A DNA stretch of 64,000 nt, the filler included, from Sphacelaria rigidula (lineage: Eukaryota), in assembly GCA_964200075.2 (NCBI GenBank). It is 7 parts of 7 records of this genome, joined end to end, with 100 filler letters (N's around TTAATTAATTAA, not from the genome) between each part and the next. Parts side by side here need not be neighbours in the genome. Positions count along the whole stretch, not along the records: positions 1 to 9,063 come from CAXNAA020009395.1; positions 9,164 to 18,226 come from CAXNAA020009396.1; 5 more parts are not named here. One strand, 5' to 3'. The notes under the pieces are model-generated. The model searched no databases. It was not told the origin of the DNA and saw nothing but the letters and a program-made list of their open reading frames with translations. Position 1 is the first letter of the stretch. The number at the start of each line of letters is the position of its first letter. Position numbers and translations under genes: made by a program. Below are positions 1 through 14,328 of this stretch, piece by piece.

Positions 1-3000
1 GTTTCTGGCCATTTTTCGTACCTTTCTTAGGCAAAAAACGAGAAGGTATACCTTTTCTAGGCCATTGCCCAAAAAATAATGGCTATAATGTTAGGGATGC
101 TAATCGGGGCCAAAATATAGATGAAATTTTTGCGAAGAGTGTGTAGGATCTCCCTGGCGGAAAATCGCACAAGTCAATGAGATGGGAATGATTCGCCCAG
201 TCGATCGGCGAAGAAGCGAATGGGCCGCCCGGTTGGTTGGGAAAAGAAGCGCAGAAGGCCATCTCCACCCATGACACGCACACGTCCCTGCTGCATTGCA
301 TCGCCGGTACTGTCTGTTCATTCAGTTTCACGTCAAAACTGTGACAATGCAACACACATGACCCGCCCTGGGGGTGCTCGTCTGTATAGATCGAGACGAA
401 GCCGATCGAAAACGCACAGTAAAGTACAGCAGTGCAATGCTTTACATTACATTACAGTGTTGTCTTCTCTCTCCCATCCGTTGCGTTCCTTCCGTATGTC
501 TATGGGTATCACCAAGGATCAGACGACACGAAACTCTCCGACACCGTCATCCCTTCCTGCCTCCAGTTGCAAAAACAGTCCTTGGGCTGTGGTAGGCATT
601 CAGTTCTGGAGTAAATAGTTCGCCCATACAAACACAACTGACTCATCATGAGGTGGCTGCTGTCTATTTAAATAAACAAATCCAAAGTGCACCATACAGT
701 ACACTCAGTATAGTACAGTACAGCGCAGTACTGTATAGTACAACGTCATCTTCTCTGTGCCCCCCGCCGCATTCCTCCCTTCTTCTGTGGGTATCGTCGA
801 GTATCGGATTACTCCTTTGGAGATCGTCACTCTTCCCGCCCGCTCTAAAAGTGACGCTTGATCGCCAGGATGGTGTCTTGTCTTAATTTCTCAAGTCAAA
901 ATCTCTGGAGACGGCCGCCTCTCCCTACAAATAACCGGCTCTAAAGTTGAACTCTCCGACCCCCGTGTAGGTCATCTGGGTTTTGCACTCATTTTCAAGT
1001 GAAAAGTATGCCGATACGAGATATGCCCGGCCCTGGGTTGAGTGGAGGGTGAGAGACATTTGTCCGTGTATTCTCAATGTACAAGCTCAAGTCGCAGCGG
1101 ACGGAGGCTGTAGACGCGGTACGGCGAACATGGCGGTACCAATACAATCAACACCACAGACGGAGAGGAGAGCACAATTCGGCCATGATGTTGTCTGCTC
1201 CGGTACACGCAATGCTTTTTACCTTGGGTTCCTTGTGCGGCTGTGTACACAAACGGCGGATTTTTCGTCACTAGAAAATATCTGAGGGTATCATATTTGC
1301 ACATGCGTACGCACCGAATTAAAGTTACTCCGCGACCGATTCAGATCTGCCCCCCGACGTTTCCCCCCGAGCCCCTTCTGGCTGTGATTATTTTTCACTT
1401 GAATTTCTTGGGGACGGTGCGTTGCCCAGGACATACTCCACCGATGGATAAGTTTAATCCGGGCGGTTCTCCAAGGTTACGTTTGCGATTCGAGTGCCGA
1501 TTCTTGCGTTGGGTGCTGCTCCCAACCCCAATGCATCACACTGCAGTGGCCATTTCAGGGCACGTCCCGCGGTCAGATCAGTAAGCCGGAAATTATATAT
1601 ATTTTTCAGGTTTAGAAGGTTCGCCTTCGAAGCAGGAGGACAAGGCCACTGCTATCGGGTACGTGTGGGTGGTCAGCAACAGGGTGTAGGGTGTGAACAG
1701 GGAGGGTGTTGCCTGCGCCTGCGATCAACCCGTCAAGAGATTGGATTGTAGAAACAAGTGTGTTTGGGCGGGGCATCCCAGGACAAAAAAGGAAAAGGGG
1801 AATTTTCGTCTGTAGTTGTGATTTGCTCGAACAGCCCACTCACTTTTTTGGTCCCGATTAGCATCCTCAACTGTACGTTATACCGTGTAACCTCGCAGAG
1901 AAACCGACATAAGGTGTACGTTATGCCGCGGCTTCCTCGTACACATCAGCAACAACGACGTTAATTAAGTACGGAGGTCGCAATTATACCGTTACAACTT
2001 TGCATGACCCCATAGTCAGCTCCGACGCACTGTGCAGGTTCATTTGTTTTGCGTGCTTTCAATGCTTGAGCGAAACGGATGGATCTGATTGATTACATGT
2101 GCGGACGCAACTAGCTCTTATGTTTTGAAGGGCGAGGAAATTTGCCGCCCCTTCTCTGCATGCAAACTCCACGACTTTTTTGCGAACCGCTTGGCACGAA
2201 CTGATAATATTCTCGTGATTTTCGCCATCTCATACCTGTTACGAGAGTAAAGTGACGCCGCGATAGGCCGGTGGGTCAGTGGCGCGCCCGACAGCTACCG
2301 TACCTATTCACGATTACACAACTCGCTCCGCTCACTCTCAACACAATCCTGCTCCACATCGATCATTCAGGCAGTTGGCGAGATATTTCAAACACATTGG
2401 TGGGCCCAGAACCCAACGTACTTACTTGGAGCTAGCGGCGGAACATAACGCGAACAAGGTTGATGGAGGCACACTTCTTGTTATGCTGCTTCGGCACTCC
2501 AGATGATCGGAATTATTCGCCTCCATATCTCCTTCACCGAGCAACGCAAACGGCAGCCCCTTCCGTCCAAGTAACACGCGACATACGCGCAGGGAAGCTT
2601 GGTTTTACTCAAGTAGGAATTGACATCGGCAAAAACTGATGCATGTATAGTGGCCGCACGTACTGTTGATGGCAACACTTCAACGGTCGTACCTTCCTGA
2701 ACCAAATTTGCCGCGTGTTTTTATTATTTTGAGGTCATTACTGACTTCACAAATCAGTCCACAATTTTTGCGCAGTAGGGTAACCAACAATTGGAGCGTC
2801 ACGGAAAAGTGCCAAGCGCAATGCGCACTACATCCTTCGAGCGGTATATTTTTATTCTAGCCTCGTCCGACCATTCCTCGCGACCCAGACTTCCAGCTAA
2901 CGCCTGATCTACTGAGGAAACACTGAATCAAACTACTCTTTCTAGCAATTTCTTCGGGATACAGTCGTCACTTGGCACGTCCTTGATGGCTTGGCGGCTG

Positions 3001-6000
3001 AGCGAGTGAACGTGACGAGAGTCGAGCACTTGTGCTTCCCTAAAATCTGATCGCATTTCAAGTGCGTTGGACGAGAAGATGCATCAAGGTATCTCAAGCT
3101 GTAGCATAATTCTCGCTGCAGACCTGACAGTCTCAGATCAGCGAGAGGGAAGCCCACCGGTCGAGGGGCCCGGCAATGCTTTCAACAAATCGATAAATGT
3201 GGCGAATTTACGGTTTCATTAATCGAGTAATGAGCACAACAAGCAGTCATACACACACGGCGAACCAACTTCACGCCGCTAACATGTTGCAGAAATCCCT
3301 CAATCGGCATGAGACTGTCGCGAGGGCGGAGATCCTTGGTCAGGTCACCAATGCAAACGCCAAACAAAGAGTACGCTCTCACAACAACTGTATCCCGTAC
3401 CCAACGCACACCGTGCAGTGTCAAGACACGTTGTCAGGCAAAACCATTGCTAATGATGAGTGTTGCAGATCCCGGCCTTCTCACCTCTGTGACCTCAACA
3501 GCTTGGGTTGCAGTTGCAAATTTCCGGTCATTTTGGCCTGGAGCAGAAATCAACGGTCTCTCAAGCATTGGCAACGCCAGCGAAGTTGAAAAACGAGCGT
3601 TTGTCCCTGTTGCGTCGGCAAGTGCACTAGGCTGAAGGCTCGTTCTTGTCCCTGGAGCCGATGAAAATGGAGATTTTGGAAGGGTTTCGAGCAGAGCCGG
3701 GGAGCAACTAGCCGCAAGGGCAAGTGAAGTACGTGCCCCTCGGCATGTTACCTCTGTCCCACTCTGCCCATGAACTGTACGCATCGATGACACATGGCCG
3801 ACTCCGTCTTCTGGTCGAGGGAGCTGACGGTGTCCGCCCGGGGAAAGAGGGGAAGCGTCGAAGGGCGGGCTGAAACTGACGAGAGGCTGGTCTAGGTCAA
3901 ACGGCGATCCGTCGACATTGGCCTCGACAGGGCGGGCCGTGCTAATGTTCTCGCAGTACGAAAATGGGGGCGTGGATCCGGTCTGTCCAGTCGTGGTACG
4001 TTCATGCCTTGGCTGGTTTGTGTCATCCTTCATCACTGCGAGCAGCGCTTGCTCATGCGGCATTATCGCCACCGCACCCGTGGGTGCCTCGCTAATGGAA
4101 TTTCTTCGGTATACCGATCGCAACGGAACGCTGCTTCGTTGCTCCGGTCCAGCTGCAGCCTGTGTCTTTGAAAAAACGAGCGGTAATGGAAAAGAGGCGG
4201 TGTTCACGCTAAGTACCCATTCAGTCAAAGACATCAATGCGCGATAGGGCATCACGGCTATCAGCCAAAAGCGCGAGACAAACGCGGAGGCACACAGCCT
4301 CAAGGAAAGCAGATCACAATTTGCCTTGATACGGTTGCACTCAGCGAAGCAATACCATCTCACCCCAAAGTGAGTGTCTGGAACATGATCTGGTCGTGTG
4401 TGACCTTGGTGCAGCGAGTGTACGCTCCCTCTCTGACCCATATATGCCTGTAACACACGGGGAAAACAGGAGGGGACGTTGAGAACAGCTAACAGCTTCC
4501 CCTGGGCCTGACGGTTACGCTTGTAGGTCGCCACAGTTGTCTACAATACGAGGTCCAATGCATCACCAGCGGAGGCAGTAAAGAGTAGCTAAAGACGCTC
4601 ATGTGGACCACTCCACGATCAGCAAGACCACATACATACACGTGCATTCGTCGGTAAACGTTCGGGTGACAGGTGTTTGGGCTATTATAACAAGCAGCAC
4701 TTTGCAGTCTAGCAACCCGAACTCCATCCACTGCGTCCATACGACACGGTCGCTTCAGCAATTTAACGTGATCACATCACATCAAATCACATTACATCAC
4801 TATTATAGCAAGAATGTGCGATACACACCTCAAGACTGCCGTGGGTGTCGAGAGAGCGAGAGCGAGACTCTGCTCGCTTTGCATCGTCAGAAGGAAGCAC
4901 GTTAGGAAGCACGTGCTCTGGTCGTCGTGTATTGGCGCCATGGCGATTTACCTCAGCGTCGGCGAGAATACTGCCCCGTCCTGATGACCGTAGCCTGGTT
5001 AACGCAAAACATAGCGTAATGGAGCATATCTGTCTTGATGATGAACGCTGTGAAGCAGCACCGCCACGGCACAATCGATGACGACTCCTGTCTGTGTAGC
5101 GCTTGCGAAACATATTTCAACACAACTACAAGCATGCACTCGTTACGGGTCTGTCTTCAAGAAGAGTATCGCGCTTGCTTCAAGGTTCTCATCACTTTTC
5201 ATCCACCTCAACATGGTACTATGAACTAAAATATACCACCTGTAATCCCCATGAAAGATGTTCGATCATAACTGCTCATGATTCCTTCTTTGCAATCTGA
5301 TGGATGGTATGGTTGCGTTTGATCTGTGTTTCAATAGATTTTTATAAATTTTCAAAATTGTGCTAAAAAAAACAAGCGACTCTCACTTGAATTTCCCCCC
5401 CCCCTGTTGGACTATCCAGCCCAACCAATAACACGCCTTGCCGCCTCCCGTTGTGCCTCGCAACACCCCTCAAGTCATCCGACAACACCCATGCCGCTCC
5501 CCACCCTCCTTCTCGAGCACCACTCGTGTTTGTTCTACAAAAAAAAAAAATCAAGTCGTAAAAATGTAGTCGTTTATCCCACCGGTGTCACAGGGGTACA
5601 CCCCTGCGGATAGACCGGCGCCGCATCTTTTCGACGCTGGAATGATACATGACACATGCACAACAACAGCACAGTATAGTATAGTACAGTACAGTACAGG
5701 ATATATCATGCCTATAAGTTCAACTAAACCAGACAGGCCACTGACCAAATGCGCGCTTTCGCGAAAGAGATATGTCGGACTAGGCCTGCGTTCTCTAGCC
5801 AGCAGAGCCTTGAGACTGACCTGTCCGCAACTTGTATCTCAAGGCTTAACGGTAAGTAGGCAAGCCGAACCCAATGGCGTCATATACATGCTTGGCATGA
5901 GACCTGCGTCTCTGACTGAGATAGTGTAGCAAATCGTATTCCAGCTATTTGAGTAAGGGCCGTCCAACGGATCCACGCAGCATAAAACAGGGTGGAACTA

Positions 6001-9000
6001 ATATAGCAAGGCAGACTAAAAACTAAAAACTCACAAGGGGTCAGCTGGCCGTCGATTGTCTTGCACTTGTACACCAGCGTTTGGTCCCAAATCCAGCGGC
6101 TCCATGTTGCCATGCCTGACGGGTGTTGTCAAGGGCACGTCCAGTATGTTCAAGCAAAAGTACACAACCGTCGTTCCTGCACTTTCGGGGGGGTGCAGAG
6201 CATGATACATGCAGTATACCTTGGCTATGTCCGCTACAGATAGCCCTTGACGGGGCGTGAGGATGATACCACAGCTTCACAGTTTACATATAGTAGTGGG
6301 CGGTCTAACTATTCAGAGGTGTTTTGGGATTTTCTTCGCGTACTACCCTTCGATAGAACTCGAAATTGCCGGCGTCAGTAGATTTTGGTACAATAGACAG
6401 ATTATCCTCGAAACACAGTGTCCAAGTCAGTGTTAGTTGGTGTTATGACGCGATACTGGTAAATACCCCGTTTATCAGGAGGGTGTTTTTGACCGTGAAA
6501 CACAGTTTTTCGGCTCTACTGCAATGAATAGGTAGAATTTAGAAAAAACAAAACTGTACATTTCTTGACAAAGATGATCTGGACAGGCTCGGTCGACCGA
6601 AAGTACCGAAGAGTAATAATCTAGGCTGAAACGTCGCAGGACCCCCAATGACCGATCAGCCCGTAAGTCGCTCGAAATTGAGTACAGAAATATTTTTTTC
6701 TCGGAATGTGGAGTGGATACAAATAGATACAAATATTTTCAGATCCCCAATGTGATGAGCGGTGGGAAGCGAAAAGAGTCCAAGAAAATCGCCAATTACG
6801 AAAATTCACAAAATGCCACAATATGAATGGTTAGACCGCCCACTACTGTACCCTTGGCTGCCGCAAGGTATCAGTTTGTGCCGATGTGGTCCAGGTGTAA
6901 GGAACGGCGCGGGACCCTGTCCCTGGAGTTTGTAGACACGACCATCAGCATATCCATGGCCCGGTCCCGGAAATGGCCAGTGAAGCACCCCTGGTCCCAG
7001 TCCAAGATCTGCGTCTCCGGACGAATCAGCACCGTCGTCTGGATCATGCCTATACTCAGACACACCGGATCGATCGTTGACGTTGTCCCCACGCAGTGCA
7101 ACACCAAGTCCGCTCATGGCGACATTATCATGTCCGTCAGGTCCATATTCGACGACTTCTTCCTTTTGGAAAGTAGGGTTTTCTGGCATGGTGGTCAACT
7201 TGGGCCCCTGCTGCTTCAGATGCTTCAGATGCTTCGCACCCTCCACTGCTCCCTCAGACATGGGTGCACCCTTCGCCTCATTTTGGTCCATGGAATTTTT
7301 CGCGTATTCATCCGGGACGTAGTCCTGAATGATACTCATGGTCATATTTGGTGCCCCGGTACAAGTTTGACAACTCAAACCCTCGAGTTCTTGCCGTGCC
7401 TGCCCGAGGAACCAACGGGAGAGTGGCGGTGGGGAAAACCGGTCTGCTGCATAATTTTTTTCTCGCCTTGAGAGCGAAACCTATTAAAAATTAATTGCGC
7501 ACTGAGTGGTATTCCGTGAAACGCACCCCCAAAACATACCGATCAGCGATTGGAGTCTGCATGTTCATTTCGGAGCAAGCAAGTCTTGAGGCCAACGATG
7601 ACTCACACAGTACACGTTTTTCGCAACCTAAATGCTCTACAGTAAGTAGTAGGGTGAATCACCACGTGGTAAAGTTCAGGGTTGCTCCTGGTTCGTGATC
7701 CTCCACAGAAACAATTATCGATGCAGCCGAAGGGCTGAAGTAGAGGGCGGCCTAGCCCTAGAGGCAGTACTCACCTTCGGGTCAACACCCCGTCGATAAG
7801 TAACATTGATCTTTATCGAACCATCAGGAGCTTCCAGCGGCTTGAACGAATAGCGTCCGATGGACGTGTTCAATTCTTTACGGCATTCGCCGTCATCATT
7901 GCCAGAGGTAGCAGTAGAGAAGCTCAAGCCTGAGCCGCCCCCGCCGCCATCGAGAATTGGGTACAGGCAGAACCCCATGTCATCCCGCTCCGCCCTCGGA
8001 GACCTGTCCGTACTGTCAAAAGTCGTTTGAATGCGTTTGTGAACCTGTTGAATGGACATCACCCAAGGAGGGGGGCGGTGTGCATCATGTCGTCCCAGAT
8101 GAGAAAGCAAGCAGCACCGGGAACCGTACGCATCCGGGACACCGGCACACCACGCAACTCCAGCGTGTTCACCGCATTTTGGCGGAAATGAATCCAACAG
8201 GAGGAATCTCAACTCGACAGAACACGGTCAGGTCACCATCACACAGCACACAGCAGACATGGTCTCGGTGCACTCCAATCGGTGTTGGAAGTTCATGACG
8301 CACCTGGTACGCCGGCACCATCCTCACGAACGAGTACAAGGTGCGGAGAAGAATGATAGCTCGTTTGCACATATGTCGCAACTGAGCAGATCTACTCCCG
8401 ATGCAGTCATGTGCCTCATACCTGCGTGCACAACAAAACCACATGGAAATTCACATGTGCTTGCAGAAACATTTGTGGGCGATGGTGGGTGATTAGTCAC
8501 GCTTGCCTTGATTAAACTTACGGTGCTTGACTTCGTTACTGGTCGGCACCCCCGTCGCACTTCATATGAAACAATCAACATATTTTTACCAGAGAAGTCT
8601 TTCGAATGTCGTCATCTCGTCCAAAATTCCGATTAAGTGATGAACGACTTTTGGCATATTTTCGAGATCACCTGGCCGTAATGCTTTACAGGACACGCGC
8701 TTTTGGGGGTATCATTTAACGATACTGGAGTGTACCTGGGGACGTGAGGAGTACAGTAAGCGATTCCAATGGAGCTTTTTGGACCATAGTTAATCACAGT
8801 GCATTGCGGGGGGTAGAACAGAGTCGGTGAGGTTTTATCGAATACAGCTTACAGTGCATGAAAAATAGCGCAAGTTGGCCTCGGGGGACGCTCGTCAGAC
8901 AGTGTGTTACTGTGTTGTCAGTGAAAAATGTGTCAATCATCTCAAGTCTTGAAATTCATAATTTTATTAGGGGTCCACTGCTAGGAATGAAGCACGGTTA

Positions 9001-9063
9001 GGACAAATCATCACGACTCAAAATCACCAAATTCACGATTTGTTCGGCCTGATTGCCCAAAAG

Positions 9064-9163
9064 NNNNNNNNNNNNNNNNNNNNNNNNNNNNNNNNNNNNN
9101 NNNNNNNTTAATTAATTAANNNNNNNNNNNNNNNNNNNNNNNNNNNNNNNNNNNNNNNNNNNN
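9064..9163. other. Artificial contig linker (N44-TTAATTAATTAA-N44)
   Basis: An identical 100-bp spacer with six-frame stops recurs at 18227-18326, 27389-27488, 36551-36650, 45713-45812 and 54875-54974. The contigs between are 9062-9063 bp. Confidence 0.98.
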
Positions 9164-9224
9164 CATTTGTTGCTTGCCTTAGTCGTTTGACCATTGACCA
9201 CGCATCCCTTTCGAGACGGAGCAC
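9164..9224 (-). mobile_element. 3' end fragment of oligo(C)-tailed LINE, family A
   Basis: CATTTGTTGCTTGCCTTAGTCGTTTGACCATTGACCACGCATCCCTTTCGAGACGGAGCAC matches the other A copies. A G-run lies at 9234-9242. Confidence 0.85.
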
Positions 9225-9374
9225 GTCTCCAGGAGGGGGGGGTTGGAAAGAAGTATTCAAAAGTAGTGCTACCTAGGCCGCAACTCGACTTCTTCTCCCG
9301 CCTGTGAACCTACCTCTGGGTCGGATCCCACCTCCGAGTTAAAGTGAGCGGAGACGTATCCATGTTTGTTAAAG

Positions 9375-9593
9375 TGTAATGCGTGGGAGGACCGCTTGCT
9401 ATTTTGGACCGCATCGGAATTTGATCAGCCCAGGATAAATGTCTTTCAAGACCGCTCGGGCGAGTCCCTGCAGAGACCGCGCTCCTGATCCTAACCCTAC
9501 CATTAACCCCAACCCTACCCTAAACCCTAGGGCCATAGGGGTGTATACACTCCGATGGGGTCCTAGAAGCACGCGGTCCTCCCACGCATTACA
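9375..9593. mobile_element. TIR MITE with internal degenerate telomeric (CCCTAA) repeats, copy 1
   Basis: TIRs TGTAATGCGTGGGAGGACCGC / GCGGTCCTCCCACGCATTACA, with internal cctaaccct-like units. Confidence 0.9.
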
Positions 9594-9849
9594 ACAGTAT
9601 TCCCCTGAATCCCCCTCCCCCCTCGTCATGAGGCTGTTCTATAAACCGCATTGTCTTGAACCAGGACTGTCCTTAATTTCAGAGTAAATCGTATATGACG
9701 AAATGGGAGAAGATGGTGTAGATCAATATCGCCACCATCGAAGTTCGAGGTTTCATTTTGAAGGAATACCTCACTCTTTGTCCGGCAGGGGTTCGGAAAG
9801 CCGTGGTAGTTGGTGAGGGTTTTGTTCATGTCGTTCTCGATTCTTCATT

Positions 9850-10560
9850 TTGGAGAGAATGACCAAGTGCGAGTTTAAAAAAGCTCTCTTTTCACGAGAG
9901 GTACCAGCGGAACATCTTTGTTTCCTCCCCGACGGTGAAAGTTGGGCAAGCGCAACAGTCGCAGTGGTCTATCATATAAGAAAGTCATGTTCATGTCGTC
10001 ATGCGGCGTAAATTGACACTAGATATATACGGATTTGAGTACTGTTGTACTCGTGGAAAATGTCGACAACTTGCATTGTCGCACTGTGTCGACGCGGCTT
10101 GTCGGTAATCTCGACCTGAAGAAGAAAGTTGCGAAATGGCTTTCAAGTGGAACCGTCGATGTACGGGGTCCCTCGTGGTTGTTTTGCACCAAAGCACCCG
10201 ACGTCGGGCACTTGGGCGGGACAGACTCCATCGCTCGTATTACTGAATCGGCGGACGTGCTTCTTTCTAGTGGTTGTTCCCAACGATGCTTGAAGAACCG
10301 TTTTTCTCCAGCAAAGTAGAGGAAGTGCGGGCCGCAGTGTACTGTGCCCTGAACGAGCGTCGATCCTGCAGCGTAGCAGCAGTAGCGTTGCAACTCGAAA
10401 ACCCGAGTTTCACCTGCTTTCACGAGCACAGATGGTCATTGTTCCGTGCATGGGCATGCAATTCTGCGCCTTGTTCAGCAAGTAGACCTATACAGGCAAG
10501 TGTGGTACCCAGCCTGAGGACATCGTTCGCGTAGGGTCATCATACTGTGCTTTATCCACA
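9850..10560 (-). pseudogene. Decayed pogo/Fot1-like DDE transposase
   Basis: Frameshifted motifs in the expected order: MSSGWV (cf. CENP-B HTH xxSxGW), CCYAAGSTL (cf. CCNAAG), YIDG/ESH (cf. LDGHxSH), FSTSTTVLKSVYI (cf. P.HTTHxLQPLDV). Confidence 0.45.
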
Positions 10561-11844
10561 CACTGTCCCCACGACAGAGCCCGATGATGGCGAATCCTGT
10601 AAGCCTGATGAAAATGCCATCAATTCAGACCCCGCACTTCGTGTATCTTACGGTAACCCATACCCACATGCTGGTGTCTGAGTTCCTGCTCAAACGCCCT
10701 TCACCAAACTCGAAGCTCTTTCTTCCTCTTTGGTTTCTGCCTCCCCTCTTCTTTCCTGTTTCTACTCTCGTTTTTTTCTTCCTCTGAACCTCTCCACAGT
10801 TGATGTAGTTCCGTGGGTACTAAATGCGACCTGAGCAAGCACCGACTGAATACGTCCATGCACCACCAGAACCTTATTCGCATTGCACTTGCTCGGGTTC
10901 CTCTCGAAATCGGTGAAAAGGTGGACACGTGGGCGACGCGGCCGACATCGGCGGAGCAGCGACCGTACCGCACCGGGATTGGGGCGGGGGCGGTGTTCGA
11001 TGCGGGCGGCGAGTGGCTAGCAAAGGAACGGAAGAGGACGGAGGGCAGGGGTGGACCGCGAGAACGTGACCCCTGGTGAAAACAACGTTTGTTTCCCCGT
11101 TCACAACACGCCGCCCGAGCGTGATGGCAGTCGATTTCGATGTTTTGCTGTTCTAGTGGGAGCCCACTAAAACCATTCCGGGAGGAAAAAACAAAAACTT
11201 TTTACATTTAGGATAATCCGTCCGTTTATTGTGTGACACAATTTTGTGGGCAGTGGTCACCATTTTGCAAGCTCTACCTCGGCTTCAGTTGAATAGAGAC
11301 GTCATCTTGCGAACAACGATACGTGAGAAGAAAACGCTACAGCAGCGTGATGGTTTTATTGATTTGTAGACTCTGTCTGAAACGAGTTATTCACCACCAT
11401 TCGCCAAGGTAATTGGCTCTTTTGGCCTCTCTTGTTACTGCGGTTCTCGCTTGTGTTCAAAATAGTCATACACCAACACGGCAGCGGTGACAGCAACAGC
11501 AACACCGACATTATCAACGCCGAAATCTCCGTAGAGCGCGGTACTGCTATTAGAACGTTTGTCCCCAACCCGAATACATCATTGATACCGGTTCACCTTG
11601 CTGCTACTGCTGTCTTTGCGTCGACAGGGTACCTCCAGCAGACGGTAGTGCTTTCGGATCAATATTGGGAGGACCACCAACGACTACCGTTATAGAAGGC
11701 CTCGTCATCCCCACCAAATTGGACGGCGTCCAGGCGACAAATTTCGTGCTTACCCAGCAGGCAAGAGACCGCCTGCGCAGAAGGATACAGAAGAGTAGCA
11801 GACCTTACTACGGCACCGTTCGATTCCAAGGAATTTGAATTTTC

Positions 11845-11942
11845 GACCGGGGAAAAATGGGCTAATCCCTTGAGACCACGGGCTCGTCCCGAGGAAGGGA
11901 AGGGGGTCAAAGTGCGACAAATAAAATAAACAAAAAAAAAAA
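11845..11942 (+). mobile_element. 3' portion of SINE (same family as 47200-47962)
   Basis: CCCTTGAGACCACGGGCTCGTCCCGAGGAAG...AAAGTGCGACAAATAAAATAAAC is the reverse complement of the tails at ~47220 and ~47665. Confidence 0.75.
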
Positions 11943-13594
11943 CCTCATCGAACCCATGGTATCGACTACCGCAAGCACTGACTATTCTAGACTACCTGCG
12001 ACATCGAGTGTGGGAATACTGAGGAGTCCACGGCACCCAGCCAGGATATCGAAGATGGGTTGTACTTTGTATTTTAGGATACTCCGGGCATGGGCTGCAA
12101 ACTATCCTTGGTCTTTCAGGGTATCCAGCGAAGCAAAGGCAGAACATCCTCAGTACTCCAGAGTACCCCGAGTGTCGACCGCAAATAAAAAGTTGCTATT
12201 CAAGGGTACCAGATGAATATCGCCTACCAAAATACCGATTATTCTAAGTTACCTGGGGCACGAATACTCCCGAACATGTATGTTCTCGGACCCTACGCCA
12301 CTCCAACCCTTAGGGACTCTGCCACATCCAACCGCATACCCTGGTCGTTTTCCGATATTGCTTTCCAGATGAATTATGATAGGACAATGACTGTCACCTG
12401 CAACATCCCACTGACCGCAACACCAAAACACGTTTAATCGTACGTATATTGATTGTCCTGACCGAGACCACAGCCCCACCGGGGATGGTCGTGAGGGGTA
12501 AGGCTGACACCAACCAGCAACCAAATGAAAAGCCCAGGCGTGGGAGAGAGTGCATGACCTACAGACTAGTCTGTCTTTTGCGTCGGCGGTAATGCACCAC
12601 ACAGTCTAGCTACCGGGCCATGCCGATCGTATTGGACTCCAAACTGAACCTTGTAGGTGCTGTATTTACCCAGTTCTGGGGTTCAATTTCATCCCCCAGC
12701 TGAAGAGAGATACCCGCACAGTCATGGACACCACGTTGATGGAGCCGAGACACGTATGAGTAAATACCAGATCTGGCAAATTGGAGCTAGCGGCCGACGC
12801 GGGCTGGGAAGGCTACTACACCCGTCCGGCGAGACCAAAAGGCAGGGTGAGTACCATGCCAAGAGAAAATCGGAACATAAACAAAAACCTCGCGCTGAAG
12901 ACATGAAGGAGAAACAAATCTCAAACGGGGGCACAACTAAGGTTAGGGCTACGTCGTGTATAGGAGACCACAAAGTGGCCTACAACACCGTAACACTTTC
13001 CCTCACGGGAACAGATGGGTTCGGCGGTGATCCTGAGATGGTTCTGCGAAAGGGTTGATGTGACGCCATTGGACTGCAGGAGACAAGGAGGCCCGGCACT
13101 GATCGATAGGCGGCCAATAATATCTTACACCGATAGATGTGAGCAACTCACGCAGCTCATCATGAACGATCTCAAGCAGGGTAGGACTCGCGATACAGTC
13201 GGTGCACTAGGTGCGAACTATGCCGACGCCCCCCAGAGTTCCGCTAAGACGGTGGTGGTTTGAAGATGGCGTAATCCGAACGAAGTTCGAACATTCCTGA
13301 AATGAACGGGAAAGGGCGAGATCGACTGCGCGACTGGGATCGAGAGATAAACCCTACTCGTAGTGGTGCACAGTGCGAGCAGGGTGCAGGAAGCTAAGAC
13401 AGGTGATCCAACTCAAAGGTATATGCTAGAGGGTTGGAGGAATGTACAATAATGGAGACATGAAAGGATGATACAGACACCTCACAGGAGGGTGGAGTCT
13501 CGGCAGAGGAGAAGCAGTGAGCGAGTAGCATATCAGAGATGAGGACGGGAACCCACTGGGACGCAAATGTCCGATCTATGAGAGATGGGGACAA

Positions 13595-13745
13595 CGCTCA
13601 CTGGTCCAATGGGTAAACTGTTTGCTTCCCGAACAAAACGTTATGCGGTTCGAGTCCCGGCATGATTGAGTGTGGGAGGAAAGTTTGACATGTGAATAGT
13701 GAGCACTCACTGGTTCAATGGGAACATTGCTCGCTTCCTGAACAA
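13595..13745 (+). repeat. tRNA-like (Pol III A/B box) head with a partial second copy; SINE fragment or tRNA pseudogene
   Basis: TGGTCCAATGG ... GGTTCGAGTCC. CACTCACTGGTTCAATGGG is repeated at ~13704. Confidence 0.4.
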
Positions 13746-14111
13746 CTCCTGCACCTTGCTGAACGCCGTATCGGCAACTGTCGACTGAACGGCCATCGAG
13801 AACTTTGCGCAATAACGACCGATGGTGCTGTAACTTGAAGACCGGCCAAGCCCACGTGAAACTGAGGGGTCTCTGAGAGTTACGGCGAACGGCAAAACGA
13901 CGGGTCCGGATGGTCTATCTGTTGAACACCTGGATCTTGGACTGAGCGAGGATCTTTCGGAGATTCTTCCGGAGATTCTGTATCACGTCCACAGCATCGT
14001 CACTGCGGTCTTGACATCTCACAACGTGCCGCAGGAGGGGAAATGTGACACTTTTCAAGTGCTACGCACTTAGAAGAATAGTAGCGAGTGTGGTAACCCC
14101 GGGGGCGTTTC

Positions 14112-14328
14112 TGTAATGCGTGAGAGGACCGCGTGCTTAGAGGACCGCATCGTAATTTGAACATCGCAATGGTTAGGGTTAGGGTTAGGGTTCGGGTTTG
14201 TGTTGGGGTTAGGGTCAGGGGCATGCTACCTGCAGGGACTGGCCGGATTGGTTTTGAAAAACGTCGATCCTAAGGTGTTTTGAACTACGGCGCGGTCCTC
14301 TAAGCACGCGGTCCTCTCACGCATTACA
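14112..14328. mobile_element. Telomeric-repeat MITE copy 2, inserted in the RTE RT
   Basis: Perfect ~37-bp TIRs, internal GGTTAGGGTTAGGGTTAGGG, flanked by GTTTC/GTTTC. Confidence 0.93.

Noticed and set aside
3434-4534. 366-aa minus-strand ORF as an intact gene
   Set aside because: Non-ATG start, low complexity, no recognisable domain; probably spans intron or decayed sequence.
6806-8581. ORFs of 165-214 aa on both strands
   Set aside because: No recognisable motifs, and the coding strand cannot be decided.
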